NCBI GenBank assembly: GCA_024278985.1
Contig: JAJRSC010000027.1
Span: 1-35,348 of the forward strand
Length of the DNA stretch: 35,348 bases
Source of the DNA: an archaeon
GTDB taxonomy: Archaea > AGJL01 > Methanococci > Methanococcales > Methanocaldococcaceae
Direction of reading: 5' to 3'
The notes beneath the pieces are model-generated. The model searched no databases. It was not told the DNA's origin and was given only the letters and a program-made list of their open reading frames with translations. Positions 9,905-18,699 of this stretch are shown in pieces. Numbering within the stretch: the first letter of the stretch is position 1; every line of letters starts with the position of its first letter. The translations under genes and the position numbers were made by a program.

Positions 9905-11413
9905 ATGATTCCAAGTTATGTCCCACCAAAATATACTCCTGTTATAGATAAAAAGAAATGTATGGTATGTGGAAGATGTACAATAGAATGTTCTTGGGGT
10001 GTTTATAGAAAAGATGGAAAAAGAATTATTATCTATCCTAACAGATGTGGAGCATGTCATAGATGTGTATCTATGTGCCCAAGAGATGCAATAACAATTA
10101 TTGAGGAGCCAGTAGATTGGAGAAGCCATCCATTATGGACAGTTGATATAAGAAGGGATAACTTAAACCAGGCAAAAACTGGAAAAATCTTATTAAGTGG
10201 GCAAGGAAACACTATGGACCATCCTATATATTTTGATAGAATTGTGTTAGATGCCTGTCAAGTTACAAATCCATCTATTGACCCACTAAGAGAACCAATG
10301 GAATTAAGGACATATATAGGAAAAAAGCCAAAACAGTTAGAGTTTGAATTTGAAGATAGTAAAATAAAATTAAAAACAAAGATAGCTCCTAATTTAAAAT
10401 TAGAAACTCCTATAATGATAGCACATATGTCTTATGGAGCTTTATCATTAAATGCTCATTTATCATTTGCTAAGGCAGTTAAAGAATGTGGAACTTTTAT
10501 GGGTACTGGTGAAGGTGGATTACCAAAAGAGCTTTATCCTTATGCAGACCATATAATAACACAGGTAGCAAGTGGTAGATTTGGAGTAACTCCTGAATAT
10601 CTTGAAAAAGGGGCTGCAATAGAGATTAAAATAGGTCAGGGAGCTAAGCCAGGTATTGGTGGGCATCTACCAGGGGAAAAAGTAACTGCTAATATTTCAG
10701 CTACAAGAATGATTCCTGAAGGAAGTGATGCTATTTCACCAGCTCCTCACCATGATATTTATTCAATTGAAGATTTAGCCCAGTTGGTAAGAAGTTTAAA
10801 GGAAGCTACAAGATGGAAAAAACCAGTTTTTGTTAAAATTGCAGCAGTTCATAATGCTCCAGCTATAGCTGTAGGAATAGCTACAAGTGATGCAGATGCT
10901 GTAGTTATAGATGGTTATAGAGGTGGAACAGGGGCAGCTCCTAAGGTATTTAGAGACCATGTAGGAATTCCAATTGAAATGGCAATTGCAGCAGTAGATA
11001 GAAGATTAAGAGAAGAAGGATTAAGAAATGAGATTAGTATTATTGCAAGTGGAGGAATTAGATGTTCAGCAGATGTATTTAAAGCTATAGCATTAGGAGC
11101 AGATGCTGTTTATATTGGAACTGCTGCTATGGTTGCCCTTGGTTGTAGAGTTTGTGGTAGATGTTATACTGGATTATGTGCATGGGGAATAGCAACACAG
11201 AGACCAGAGTTAGTTAAAAGAATTGACCCAGAAGAAGGGGCAAGAAGAGTAGCTAACTTAATCAAAGCTTGGACTCATGAGATTAAAGAATTGTTGGGAG
11301 CTAATGGTATAAATTCAATTGAAAGTTTAAGAGGAAACAGAGATAGATTAAGAGGAGTAGGATTAACTGAAAAAGAACTTGAGATTTTGGGAATAAAAGC
11401 AGCTGGGGAATAA
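9905..11413 (+). CDS. gltB2: Archaeal glutamate synthase FMN-binding subunit with N-terminal 2x[4Fe-4S] ferredoxin domain
   Basis: Two ferredoxin-type Cys motifs at the N-terminus, 'MSYGALS', 'QVASGRFGV', 'EIKIGQGAKPGIGGHLPG', 'ISPAPHHDIYSIEDL', and the 3Fe-4S motif CRVCGRCYTGLC. Confidence 0.95.
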   Translation: MIPSYVPPKYTPVIDKKKCMVCGRCTIECSWGVYRKDGKRIIIYPNRCGACHRCVSMCPRDAITIIEEPVDWRSHPLWTVDIRRDNLNQAKTGKILLSGQGNTMDHPIYFDRIVLDACQVTNPSIDPLREPMELRTYIGKKPKQLEFEFEDSKIKLKTKIAPNLKLETPIMIAHMSYGALSLNAHLSFAKAVKECGTFMGTGEGGLPKELYPYADHIITQVASGRFGVTPEYLEKGAAIEIKIGQGAKPGIGGHLPGEKVTANISATRMIPEGSDAISPAPHHDIYSIEDLAQLVRSLKEATRWKKPVFVKIAAVHNAPAIAVGIATSDADAVVIDGYRGGTGAAPKVFRDHVGIPIEMAIAAVDRRLREEGLRNEISIIASGGIRCSADVFKAIALGADAVYIGTAAMVALGCRVCGRCYTGLCAWGIATQRPELVKRIDPEEGARRVANLIKAWTHEIKELLGANGINSIESLRGNRDRLRGVGLTEKELEILGIKAAGE

Positions 11414-11442
11414 TATAAATATATCTTTTTTGGTGGTTTAGG

Positions 11443-12216
11443 ATGGAAGTTATTGAGATTGATGCAAAAAATATGCATTATAGAGAACTAAATGAGAAAA
11501 TTCATCAGGCAATAAAAGAGAATCCTGACCTAAAAAAGATTATTTTAAGGAATGTTCTAGGACAGAGATTTATAGGAAATAGTTTAAGAAAAAAAGATTT
11601 AACAATTGAAATTTATGGAACTCCTGGAGGAGACTTAGGAATGTTTATGAGTGGTCCTACAATTATAGTCTATGGAAATTGTGAATTTGCTCCTGGAAAT
11701 ACTATGGATGATGGAAAAATTATAATTCATGGAAACAGTGGAGATGTAACCGCCCATTCAATGAGAGGTGGAAAGGTTTTTGTTAGGGGAGATGTCGGAT
11801 ATAGAAGTGGAATACATATGAAAGCCTATAAAGAAAAAGTTCCTACTTTAGTTATTGGTGGAACAGCAAAGGACTTTTTAGGAGAGTATATGGCAGGGGG
11901 AAAAATAGTAGTATTAAATATAGATAAAGAAGGAAAGGACTTAGGAAAAATAAAAGGTAAAATGATAGGAACAGGGATACATGGAGGAGCTATATATATA
12001 AGAGGAGAAATCAACAAAAAACAACTTGGGGTTGCAGCAGATATAAAACCATTTACAGAGGAAGATTTAAAAAATATTGAAAATGATGTAAAAGAATTTT
12101 GTCAATACTTTGGTTTAGAGGATAAATTTGAATCCTTACTATACTCAAAATGGACAAAAATAGCACCAATATCAAAAAGACCATTTGGAAAATTATATAC
12201 TCCAGATTTGTTTTAA
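11443..12216 (+). CDS. gltB3: Glutamate synthase GXGXG beta-helix subunit
   Basis: Repeated GxM-GG beta-helix motifs ('GMFMSGP', 'GNTMDDG', 'HSMRGG', 'GEYMAGG'). Lies in the glt operon. Confidence 0.9.
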   Translation: MEVIEIDAKNMHYRELNEKIHQAIKENPDLKKIILRNVLGQRFIGNSLRKKDLTIEIYGTPGGDLGMFMSGPTIIVYGNCEFAPGNTMDDGKIIIHGNSGDVTAHSMRGGKVFVRGDVGYRSGIHMKAYKEKVPTLVIGGTAKDFLGEYMAGGKIVVLNIDKEGKDLGKIKGKMIGTGIHGGAIYIRGEINKKQLGVAADIKPFTEEDLKNIENDVKEFCQYFGLEDKFESLLYSKWTKIAPISKRPFGKLYTPDLF

Positions 12217-12225
12217 GGTGAGAAA

Positions 12226-13293
12226 GTGAAAACATATAAACATTTAAAAGAGGAAGTTTGGAATAAAAATTTATGTTCTGGTTGTGGAGCATGTACCTCT
12301 GTATGTCCAGTAGATAATCTATTTTTTAAAGAAGAGAGTCCTATAAAATTTGAATTAGACAGTTGTTCTTTCCGTATAGTAGTAAAGGATAAAGAGAGAC
12401 CTCACTACCCAGATTCTGCAGAATTTTGTAAAACAGAAGTTTATAGTGTCCCATGTGGGGCATGTTATGATGCATGTCCAAGAGTTGGAAACTATTATAT
12501 AGATAATATATTAGGAAACTATCTAAAAATTTACTCAGCAAAATCAACATTAAATATAAGATATGCACAAAATGGGGGAGTTGTAACTTCTATACTATAT
12601 AATGCCTTTGAAGAGGACTTAATAGATGGAGCTATTGTTGTAGATATGGATAGATTTACCCTATCTCCAAAGTCTTTTTTAGCTAAGAGTAAAGAAGATG
12701 TATTAAAATCTGCTGGAAGTAAATATTTATGGAGAGAACCACCTTTAAAGGCATTAAAAAGGGCAGTTATGGAAGAAAAATTAAATAAGTTGGCTATTGT
12801 GGGAACTTCTTGTGTTATTGATGCTATTGCAAAAATATTAAGGTCAAATAATGATTTGCTATCTCCATTTAGAGATGCCATAAAATTAAAAATAGGATTA
12901 TTTTGTTTTGAAATTTATGATTATGACAAATTGATTAATCATTTAAAAAATGATAATATAGAAACTTGGGAAGTTAAAAAGATGGAAATTAGTAAAGGAT
13001 ATTTAAATATTTATCTTATTGATGGAAATATTAAAAAGTATAAGCTGGAAGATATAGAATTTGCTATGAGAGATGGATGTAGATATTGTAATGATTTTAC
13101 AGCAGTAAATGCAGATATATCAGTTGGGAATATTGGAACTGGAGAAGGACATTCAACAGTAATTATAAGAAATAGATGGGGAGAAGGATTTTTTAAGAGA
13201 GCTGCATATAATGGATATATACATTATGATGAAAATGTTAATATAAAAAGTATAGAAAAGATAGCTAAGTTAAAGTTTAAAAGATGTAAATAA
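12226..13293 (+). CDS. FrhB/FdhB-family F420-binding beta subunit with ferredoxin motifs, probable electron-input subunit of glutamate synthase
   Basis: 'CSGCGACTSVCP', 'CGACYDACP', 'AQNGGVVT', 'SAGSKY', 'VGTSC', 'IGLFC', 'GCRYCNDFTAVNADISVGNIG'. GTG start 9 bp after gltB3, with a GGTGAG RBS. Confidence 0.88.
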   Translation: MKTYKHLKEEVWNKNLCSGCGACTSVCPVDNLFFKEESPIKFELDSCSFRIVVKDKERPHYPDSAEFCKTEVYSVPCGACYDACPRVGNYYIDNILGNYLKIYSAKSTLNIRYAQNGGVVTSILYNAFEEDLIDGAIVVDMDRFTLSPKSFLAKSKEDVLKSAGSKYLWREPPLKALKRAVMEEKLNKLAIVGTSCVIDAIAKILRSNNDLLSPFRDAIKLKIGLFCFEIYDYDKLINHLKNDNIETWEVKKMEISKGYLNIYLIDGNIKKYKLEDIEFAMRDGCRYCNDFTAVNADISVGNIGTGEGHSTVIIRNRWGEGFFKRAAYNGYIHYDENVNIKSIEKIAKLKFKRCK

Positions 13294-13341
13294 TCTCTCT
13301 ATTTTTATTATAATTTTTCAAAAATTAAATTGTGTTTTAGT

Positions 13342-14586
13342 ATGGTGTATAAGGTATATGTTGAAGGTTATGGATGTGTATTAAATCAGGCAGATACCTT
13401 GATTATAAAAAATTCTCTAAAAAAAGAAGGGTTTATAATAACTGATAATATTGATTATGCAGATATTATAATAATAAACACCTGTATAGTTAGATTAGAA
13501 ACAGAGAACAGGATGCTATTTAGGATTGAGGAACTAAAAAAATTAAATAAAATATTATTTGTTGCTGGATGTATGCCTAAAGGATTAAAAGAGAAAATCA
13601 AGGGTCTTCCTTACATACTTCCAAGAGAAGCACATAATGCTGGAAAAATAGTAAAGGACTACTTAACTAAAAAAAATATTATTCATAAAGAAGATAATCT
13701 TACTCTATTTAATAAATTGTATCTTATTGAGCCTTCTCTAATTACTCCATTACCTATATGTGAAGGATGCTTGGGAGAGTGTAGTTATTGTATTGTAAAG
13801 TTAGCAAGAGGAGATTTAATATCATATCCAAGAGATGTTATAGTTGAAAGGGCAAAATATCTCATTGAAAGAGGAACAAAATGCTTATTTATAACAGCTC
13901 AAGATACAGCATGTTATGGATTTGATAGAGGAGATAATTTAGCCAATTTATTAAGGGATTTATGTGAGATTGAAGGAGATTTTATAATGAGAATTGGAAT
14001 GATGCATCCCAAATCTTTGGAGAGAATTATAGATGATGTTATTGAAGTTTATAAAGAGGATAAAATAGGTAAGTTCTTACATCTACCACTACAGAGTGGT
14101 AGTGATAAAATATTAAAATTAATGAAAAGGGGCTATACAGTTGATGAATATATAAGTCTTGTAAAAGAATTTAGAAAAAAAATAAAAAATTTATGTTATG
14201 TTACTGATATTATTGTTGGATTTCCTGGAGAAGAAGAGGAAGATTTTGAAGAAACTTTAAATATCTTGAAAAAACTTAAACCAGATTATATACATGCTGC
14301 AAAATATACAGTAAGAAAGGGAACCTTAGCCAGCAAAATGAAACAGATAGATAGTAAGATAAAAAAGAATAGAAGTAGGATTTTAGATAAATTAAGGAGA
14401 GAATTAAGTTATTTATCAAATAAAAAATATGTTGGAAAAACATTAAGGGCTCTTATTGTTGATAAAAATAAAGGATATACTGAAAACTTTAAGGTTGTAA
14501 AAGTTGATTGTGAAGATATAGGAAAGTTTATAAATGTTAAAATAACTGAGGCTAAAACCTTTGGTTTAAAAGGAGAGAAACTGTAA
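13342..14586 (+). CDS. mtaB: tRNA t6A37 methylthiotransferase (archaeal MiaB-like / e-MtaB)
   Basis: UPF0004 domain 'YGCVLN...NTCIV...AGC', radical SAM 'EGCLGECSYC', 'HLPLQSGS', 'DIIVGFPGE', C-terminal TRAM-like segment. Confidence 0.88.
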   Translation: MVYKVYVEGYGCVLNQADTLIIKNSLKKEGFIITDNIDYADIIIINTCIVRLETENRMLFRIEELKKLNKILFVAGCMPKGLKEKIKGLPYILPREAHNAGKIVKDYLTKKNIIHKEDNLTLFNKLYLIEPSLITPLPICEGCLGECSYCIVKLARGDLISYPRDVIVERAKYLIERGTKCLFITAQDTACYGFDRGDNLANLLRDLCEIEGDFIMRIGMMHPKSLERIIDDVIEVYKEDKIGKFLHLPLQSGSDKILKLMKRGYTVDEYISLVKEFRKKIKNLCYVTDIIVGFPGEEEEDFEETLNILKKLKPDYIHAAKYTVRKGTLASKMKQIDSKIKKNRSRILDKLRRELSYLSNKKYVGKTLRALIVDKNKGYTENFKVVKVDCEDIGKFINVKITEAKTFGLKGEKL

Positions 14587-14608
14587 ATATTTAATTTAAA
14601 AATTTACT

Positions 14609-14634
14609 TTTTAAGGATTTTTATCAATTTTCTA
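14609..14634 (+). repeat. 26-bp direct repeat TTTTAAGGATTTTTATCAATTTTCTA (copy 1; copy 2 at 35251-35276)
   Basis: Exact match read by eye between this intergenic region and the leader-like sequence at the window end. Confidence 0.85.
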
Positions 14635-14690
14635 TTTAGATTAAAAAATTGGAAAATAAAAAGTAAATATATTTAAAAACGGGACTATAA

Positions 14691-14709
14691 TACCTCGCTT
14701 CGCTCGGTA
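14691..14709 (-). other. Strand-specific hairpin TACC-GA-GC-GAA-GC-GA-GGTA in the 3' flank of the HIT gene
   Basis: GC-rich island in an AT-rich intergenic region. The minus strand reads TACCGAGCGAAGCGAGGTA and is followed by T-tracts. Confidence 0.6.
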
Positions 14710-14717
14710 ATGCTAAT

Positions 14718-15101
14718 TTATTCAAGTTTTTTATATATTTCATCTAAATCTACATCTACAACTTTCCCAAAAATTATTCCTTCTTCCTCTCCAAATCTTG
14801 GGATTATATGAAAATGAACATGATTTACTTCTTGACCTGCTACTTTTCCATTATTATTAACAATATTATACCCTTTAAATCCTAATTTTTTAAGTTTTTC
14901 TACAGTTCTTTTAACTCCAAGGATAAATTTACTTAATTCCTCATCAGGGATTTCATCAAAAGTTTCATAATGTTTTTTTGGAATAACTAAAGTATGCCCC
15001 TTACTTCTTGGATTTATATCTAAGAAAGCTAAAACATATTCATCTTCATAAACTACCTTTGCAGGAATTTCTCCATTTACTATCTTACAGAAAATGCACA
15101 T
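14718..15101 (-). CDS. HIT family nucleotide hydrolase (Hint-like)
   Basis: 'MCIFCKI', 'FLDINP', 'GHTLVIPK', histidine triad 'HVHFHIIPR'. Confidence 0.96.
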   Translation of the reverse strand: MCIFCKIVNGEIPAKVVYEDEYVLAFLDINPRSKGHTLVIPKKHYETFDEIPDEELSKFILGVKRTVEKLKKLGFKGYNIVNNNGKVAGQEVNHVHFHIIPRFGEEEGIIFGKVVDVDLDEIYKKLE

Positions 15102-15139
15102 TTATCATCACCATATCTAACTATTTTAAAAAACAGTAT

Positions 15140-16462
15140 TTACCTTTTAATCAACACATCCCTATATTTATATAATAATTCAGTTATAGCTCTTATATCT
15201 TTTCCCTGCATCTTTGCTTCATTTAAATATAAATTATATAGTTGAGGAGTTAAGGGTTTTGGTATGCTTTTCCATAACTCAGAGTGAATTAACAAATCAA
15301 AACATCTCGCCTCTGCCTCACTCAATCCAAGGTTTTTATATGCTCCATAATGAGTTTTATATAATAAATTTTCTTCTTTAGGCATAGATAAAACTAAATC
15401 ACACATTTCTGTTGTTGGGATTGGCTCAGCAATTGAAACAAAAACATCATCTAATTCTGCATCTACAATAAAATCTTTAGTTAATAGATAATCCATTTCT
15501 GTCTCTGTTGGATATGCAACTATAAAACTTCCTGCTACTTTAACACCACAATCTTTTGCTAATTTTATTGCATCTAAATTTTTTTCTCTATTGGTCCCTT
15601 TTTTCATATCTTTCAGAATTTTATTACTTCCACTTTCTATTCCATAAAACACCCATCCAATAGTATAATTTTTTATAGCCTCTAATATATCCTCATCAAC
15701 ATAATCAACTCTCATATCTGGAACTGATAAATTTTTTTTACCAACAATTTCAGATATTTTTTCCAAAAGTTCAAAAAACTTACTTCTATTAACTGATTTT
15801 TTAAAAGCATATAAACTTCCAGTTCCACCACTTATTGCTATTCTCTTAGCTCCAGCTCTTTTAAATGCTTTAACTTCTTCAACAACATCCTCAACATCTC
15901 TACTCCTAATATTCTTTCCAAAAAACTTTGGAACTTGGCAAAAAGTGCAATTTCCTAAACATCCTCTATGTGTTTCAATATAAACATTAGCCCCTCTAAT
16001 AGATTGTTGCCCTATATCTCTTGGTATTAGTGGGAGAGGATGATTTAAGTCTGGTTTTTCTTTTGGGTAATTTATTACTATTTCATCACCTTCTTTATAT
16101 GCTAAGCCCTCCTTATTACCTTCTATAATTTTTGGAGTTATTATTTCTCCTTCTCCAACTATAACCCCATCTACATTTAGCTCATTTAAAATAATTTCTG
16201 GATATGATGAAACACATCCAGCGATATAAACTTTAGTTTTATTTTTTCTTACTTTTTTTATAAAATTTATAGCCTCTCTAATGTTTTTATTTAATATGTG
16301 TAAAGTTGAATATAAGCTAAAAATAACAACATCTGACTTTAAAAATAGTGTTTTATCTATTTTTCTAATTAAATATACATTATAACCTTTATTTTTTAAA
16401 ATTCCACCAATGAGCATAGACCCATATGTATAAACATCTGGACTGTAAATTGTAATTCTCAT
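15140..16462 (-). CDS. mgmA: Cobalamin-dependent radical SAM methyltransferase, MJ0865 family (methyl-coenzyme M reductase glutamine C-methyltransferase)
   Basis: N-terminal B12-binding-like region, 'IRGANVYIETHRGCLGNCTFCQVP', 'AISGGTGSLY', 'FYGIESGS'. Adjacent to HIT and mtaB, as recalled for MJ0865-0867. Confidence 0.78.
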   Translation of the reverse strand: MRITIYSPDVYTYGSMLIGGILKNKGYNVYLIRKIDKTLFLKSDVVIFSLYSTLHILNKNIREAINFIKKVRKNKTKVYIAGCVSSYPEIILNELNVDGVIVGEGEIITPKIIEGNKEGLAYKEGDEIVINYPKEKPDLNHPLPLIPRDIGQQSIRGANVYIETHRGCLGNCTFCQVPKFFGKNIRSRDVEDVVEEVKAFKRAGAKRIAISGGTGSLYAFKKSVNRSKFFELLEKISEIVGKKNLSVPDMRVDYVDEDILEAIKNYTIGWVFYGIESGSNKILKDMKKGTNREKNLDAIKLAKDCGVKVAGSFIVAYPTETEMDYLLTKDFIVDAELDDVFVSIAEPIPTTEMCDLVLSMPKEENLLYKTHYGAYKNLGLSEAEARCFDLLIHSELWKSIPKPLTPQLYNLYLNEAKMQGKDIRAITELLYKYRDVLIKR

Positions 16463-16535
16463 TTCATCCCTTTTAATTTCTTATTAATTTTATTAAATAT
16501 CAAAAAAAGAATTTTAGAAAAAATAAATGATTATT

Positions 16536-17324
16536 TTATTGAAAAGCTTTCTCTAATAATTCAATATCTTTGAGTATTATATCTATTTTACTTTCTTTAT
16601 CATGATTTTTAATTCTTCTATCATCTAACTCCAAAGTTATAATTCCTCTATAATTTTCCAATTCTTTTAAAGGATTTAAAAAATTTATTTCAGATTCTAC
16701 TAAAGGATAGTGGTCTTTATTATTTACAACACCAGAAATATGTATATGTTTTATTCTATCTTTGAGCTTTAGGAATTTATATATATAATGTTTTGCATGA
16801 GCAAAATCAAGAGTTAAATATAAAGAATCAAATTTTTTTAAAATTTTTTCTATATCTTCATATTTCCATCCAATTCTATAAATCTTTTTTGGCATATTTT
16901 CTAAGCAAATATATATATTTTCTTTATATGATAAAACTCTATTAAGATAATTATAAAAATGTTCATACTCTTCCATAGTTGGTTCTCTACTTACTGGTCT
17001 TCTTCCTGGATGAATAGTTAATATTTTTGAGTTTATAGATAATGCCAAATCAATAGCCCAAAGTGTTTCCTTTAAAGTGGCTTCTCTAACATAAGGATTT
17101 AAAGATGATGGATTTAATTCTATATGTGGGGCATGAACTGCAACATTAAATTTTTTGATTTCCCTTTTAAAATCTTTTAAATATTCATAGTTAAATCTAT
17201 TATCCCAAAAATCAGGATTTTCAGGAAAAAACTCTATTGCTTTTAATCCAATTTCTTTAAAAATATCAAATATCTCAAACATACTATATTCCCAAAAAAA
17301 GAGTGTTGAAACTGCTATATTCAT
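16536..17324 (-). CDS. Xylose isomerase-like TIM-barrel protein (sugar phosphate isomerase/epimerase / AP-endonuclease 2 superfamily)
   Basis: 'VHAPHIELNPSS', 'TIHPG', 'CLENMP', 'TLDFAHA', 'HIHISG...DHYPL', 'ITLE' metal-binding pattern. Confidence 0.85.
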   Translation of the reverse strand: MNIAVSTLFFWEYSMFEIFDIFKEIGLKAIEFFPENPDFWDNRFNYEYLKDFKREIKKFNVAVHAPHIELNPSSLNPYVREATLKETLWAIDLALSINSKILTIHPGRRPVSREPTMEEYEHFYNYLNRVLSYKENIYICLENMPKKIYRIGWKYEDIEKILKKFDSLYLTLDFAHAKHYIYKFLKLKDRIKHIHISGVVNNKDHYPLVESEINFLNPLKELENYRGIITLELDDRRIKNHDKESKIDIILKDIELLEKAFQ

Positions 17325-17433
17325 ATTATCACATCTTTAAATATATAATTAAAAAAATGATAAAGGTTAAAAATAATGAGGACTATTATAATTATTGTAA
17401 GACAACTAACAAAAATAAAGAATATATTTAAAT

Positions 17434-17646
17434 TTATTTGATGTATTCTTCAAGGGCTAATTTAATATCTTCAACTTTAACTGTCTTTCTCTTTGCATGT
17501 TTGGAAAATTCAACTGCTCTCTTAGCAATTTCTTCAGCTAACTCTTCAATGCCATCTCTTAATTTCTTAGCTGCTTCTTCACTTACTCTCTCAGCACCTG
17601 TCTTTTTGAGTATTCTTACGAAGGGAGCAACTGGGAGCTCTGCCAT
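17434..17646 (-). CDS. Archaeal histone (HMf family)
   Basis: '[22 protein letters not shown]...[15 protein letters not shown]' histone fold. Confidence 0.97.
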   Translation of the reverse strand: MAELPVAPFVRILKKTGAERVSEEAAKKLRDGIEELAEEIAKRAVEFSKHAKRKTVKVEDIKLALEEYIK

Positions 17647-17706
17647 CCTTCCACCTCTAAAATTTTAGTTTTAAAAACTTATATTTTTTCTTTTATTTGG
17701 AAGTAG

Positions 17707-17720
17707 TATATAAAATTTTC
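17707..17720 (-). promoter_or_regulatory. BRE/TATA promoter of the histone gene
   Basis: The minus strand reads GAAAATTTTATATA about 60 bp upstream of the ATG. Confidence 0.6.
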
Positions 17721-17724
17721 TTTT

Positions 17725-18699
17725 TTAATCTTTTTTTAGTATAATAGTAAGTTCATTTTTAGTATTTGCCGGTAATTTAACAATATCAAGGATTTTTATA
17801 TTTTTATCTTTTATAATATTAATAACTTTATTTAAATCTTCTTTTTTTGTTTTTTGACTTCTTGCCTTTAGAGTATGGATAATATATTTTCCATCTTTAA
17901 GGTTATCAAAAAATTTTAAGGTTAATAGAATAGATTCCTCTGGGTAGAGATTGGTGTCATTAGTTATTAAATCTAATTTATCATCTATATTGACATTTTC
18001 AGCTCTATCTTTAATATGAATAATATTTTCAGAGGATATTTTAAGCTCTCCTTTATCAATAGCATAAACCTTTTTTGCCAATCTACTTAAATGTTTAATC
18101 CAACCACCAGGAGCTGAACCAATATCTAAAACTGTCTCCAAGTTATTAAAAATATAAGGATATTTTTCAATTAATTCTATAATTTTTCTTTCAGCTCTGT
18201 TAAGGGGTCTTATACTATATTTTTTTAAATCATTTAAAGCTTTAATATTATCAATAAATTTTATTTCATTAAAATCTTTTGTAAAAATAGATATATAGGC
18301 AATATCTTGTAAGATTTCAATATTAACCCTAAAATCATAATTTTTTAAATCAACTTTAAAATTATATTTTTCCACTATTAATTTTCCTATTTTTTTTTCA
18401 ATATCTTCACTTGTAAAGTTATGGTTTCCTCTTCTCCAGCATCTTACTACAAATTTTCCATTAACTTTTTTATTATTTATAAGTTTTATTATATTTTCTT
18501 CCATATCCTCCAATTTACATATAATTTCAACAGGAATTAATCTACAAATATATTTTGATTTGATATTATCAATATTTCCCTCTATATATAATAACCCTCT
18601 GAATGGTGTATATTTAACTTTTAAATTACATTCCTCTAATTCCTTTTTTAATTCACTTTCAAATCCTGGTTTTGTTGTTACTAATGCTTTTTTTATCAT
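17725..18699 (-). CDS. THUMP domain + FtsJ/RlmM-like SAM-dependent RNA methyltransferase
   Basis: THUMP region 'FVVRCWRRGNHNFTSEDIEKKIG...KVDLKNYD', SAM motif 'DIGSAPGGW', and K-D-K-E-like residues (RAERK, TNDTN, HTLK, KNE). Confidence 0.85.
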   Translation of the reverse strand: MIKKALVTTKPGFESELKKELEECNLKVKYTPFRGLLYIEGNIDNIKSKYICRLIPVEIICKLEDMEENIIKLINNKKVNGKFVVRCWRRGNHNFTSEDIEKKIGKLIVEKYNFKVDLKNYDFRVNIEILQDIAYISIFTKDFNEIKFIDNIKALNDLKKYSIRPLNRAERKIIELIEKYPYIFNNLETVLDIGSAPGGWIKHLSRLAKKVYAIDKGELKISSENIIHIKDRAENVNIDDKLDLITNDTNLYPEESILLTLKFFDNLKDGKYIIHTLKARSQKTKKEDLNKVINIIKDKNIKILDIVKLPANTKNELTIILKKD

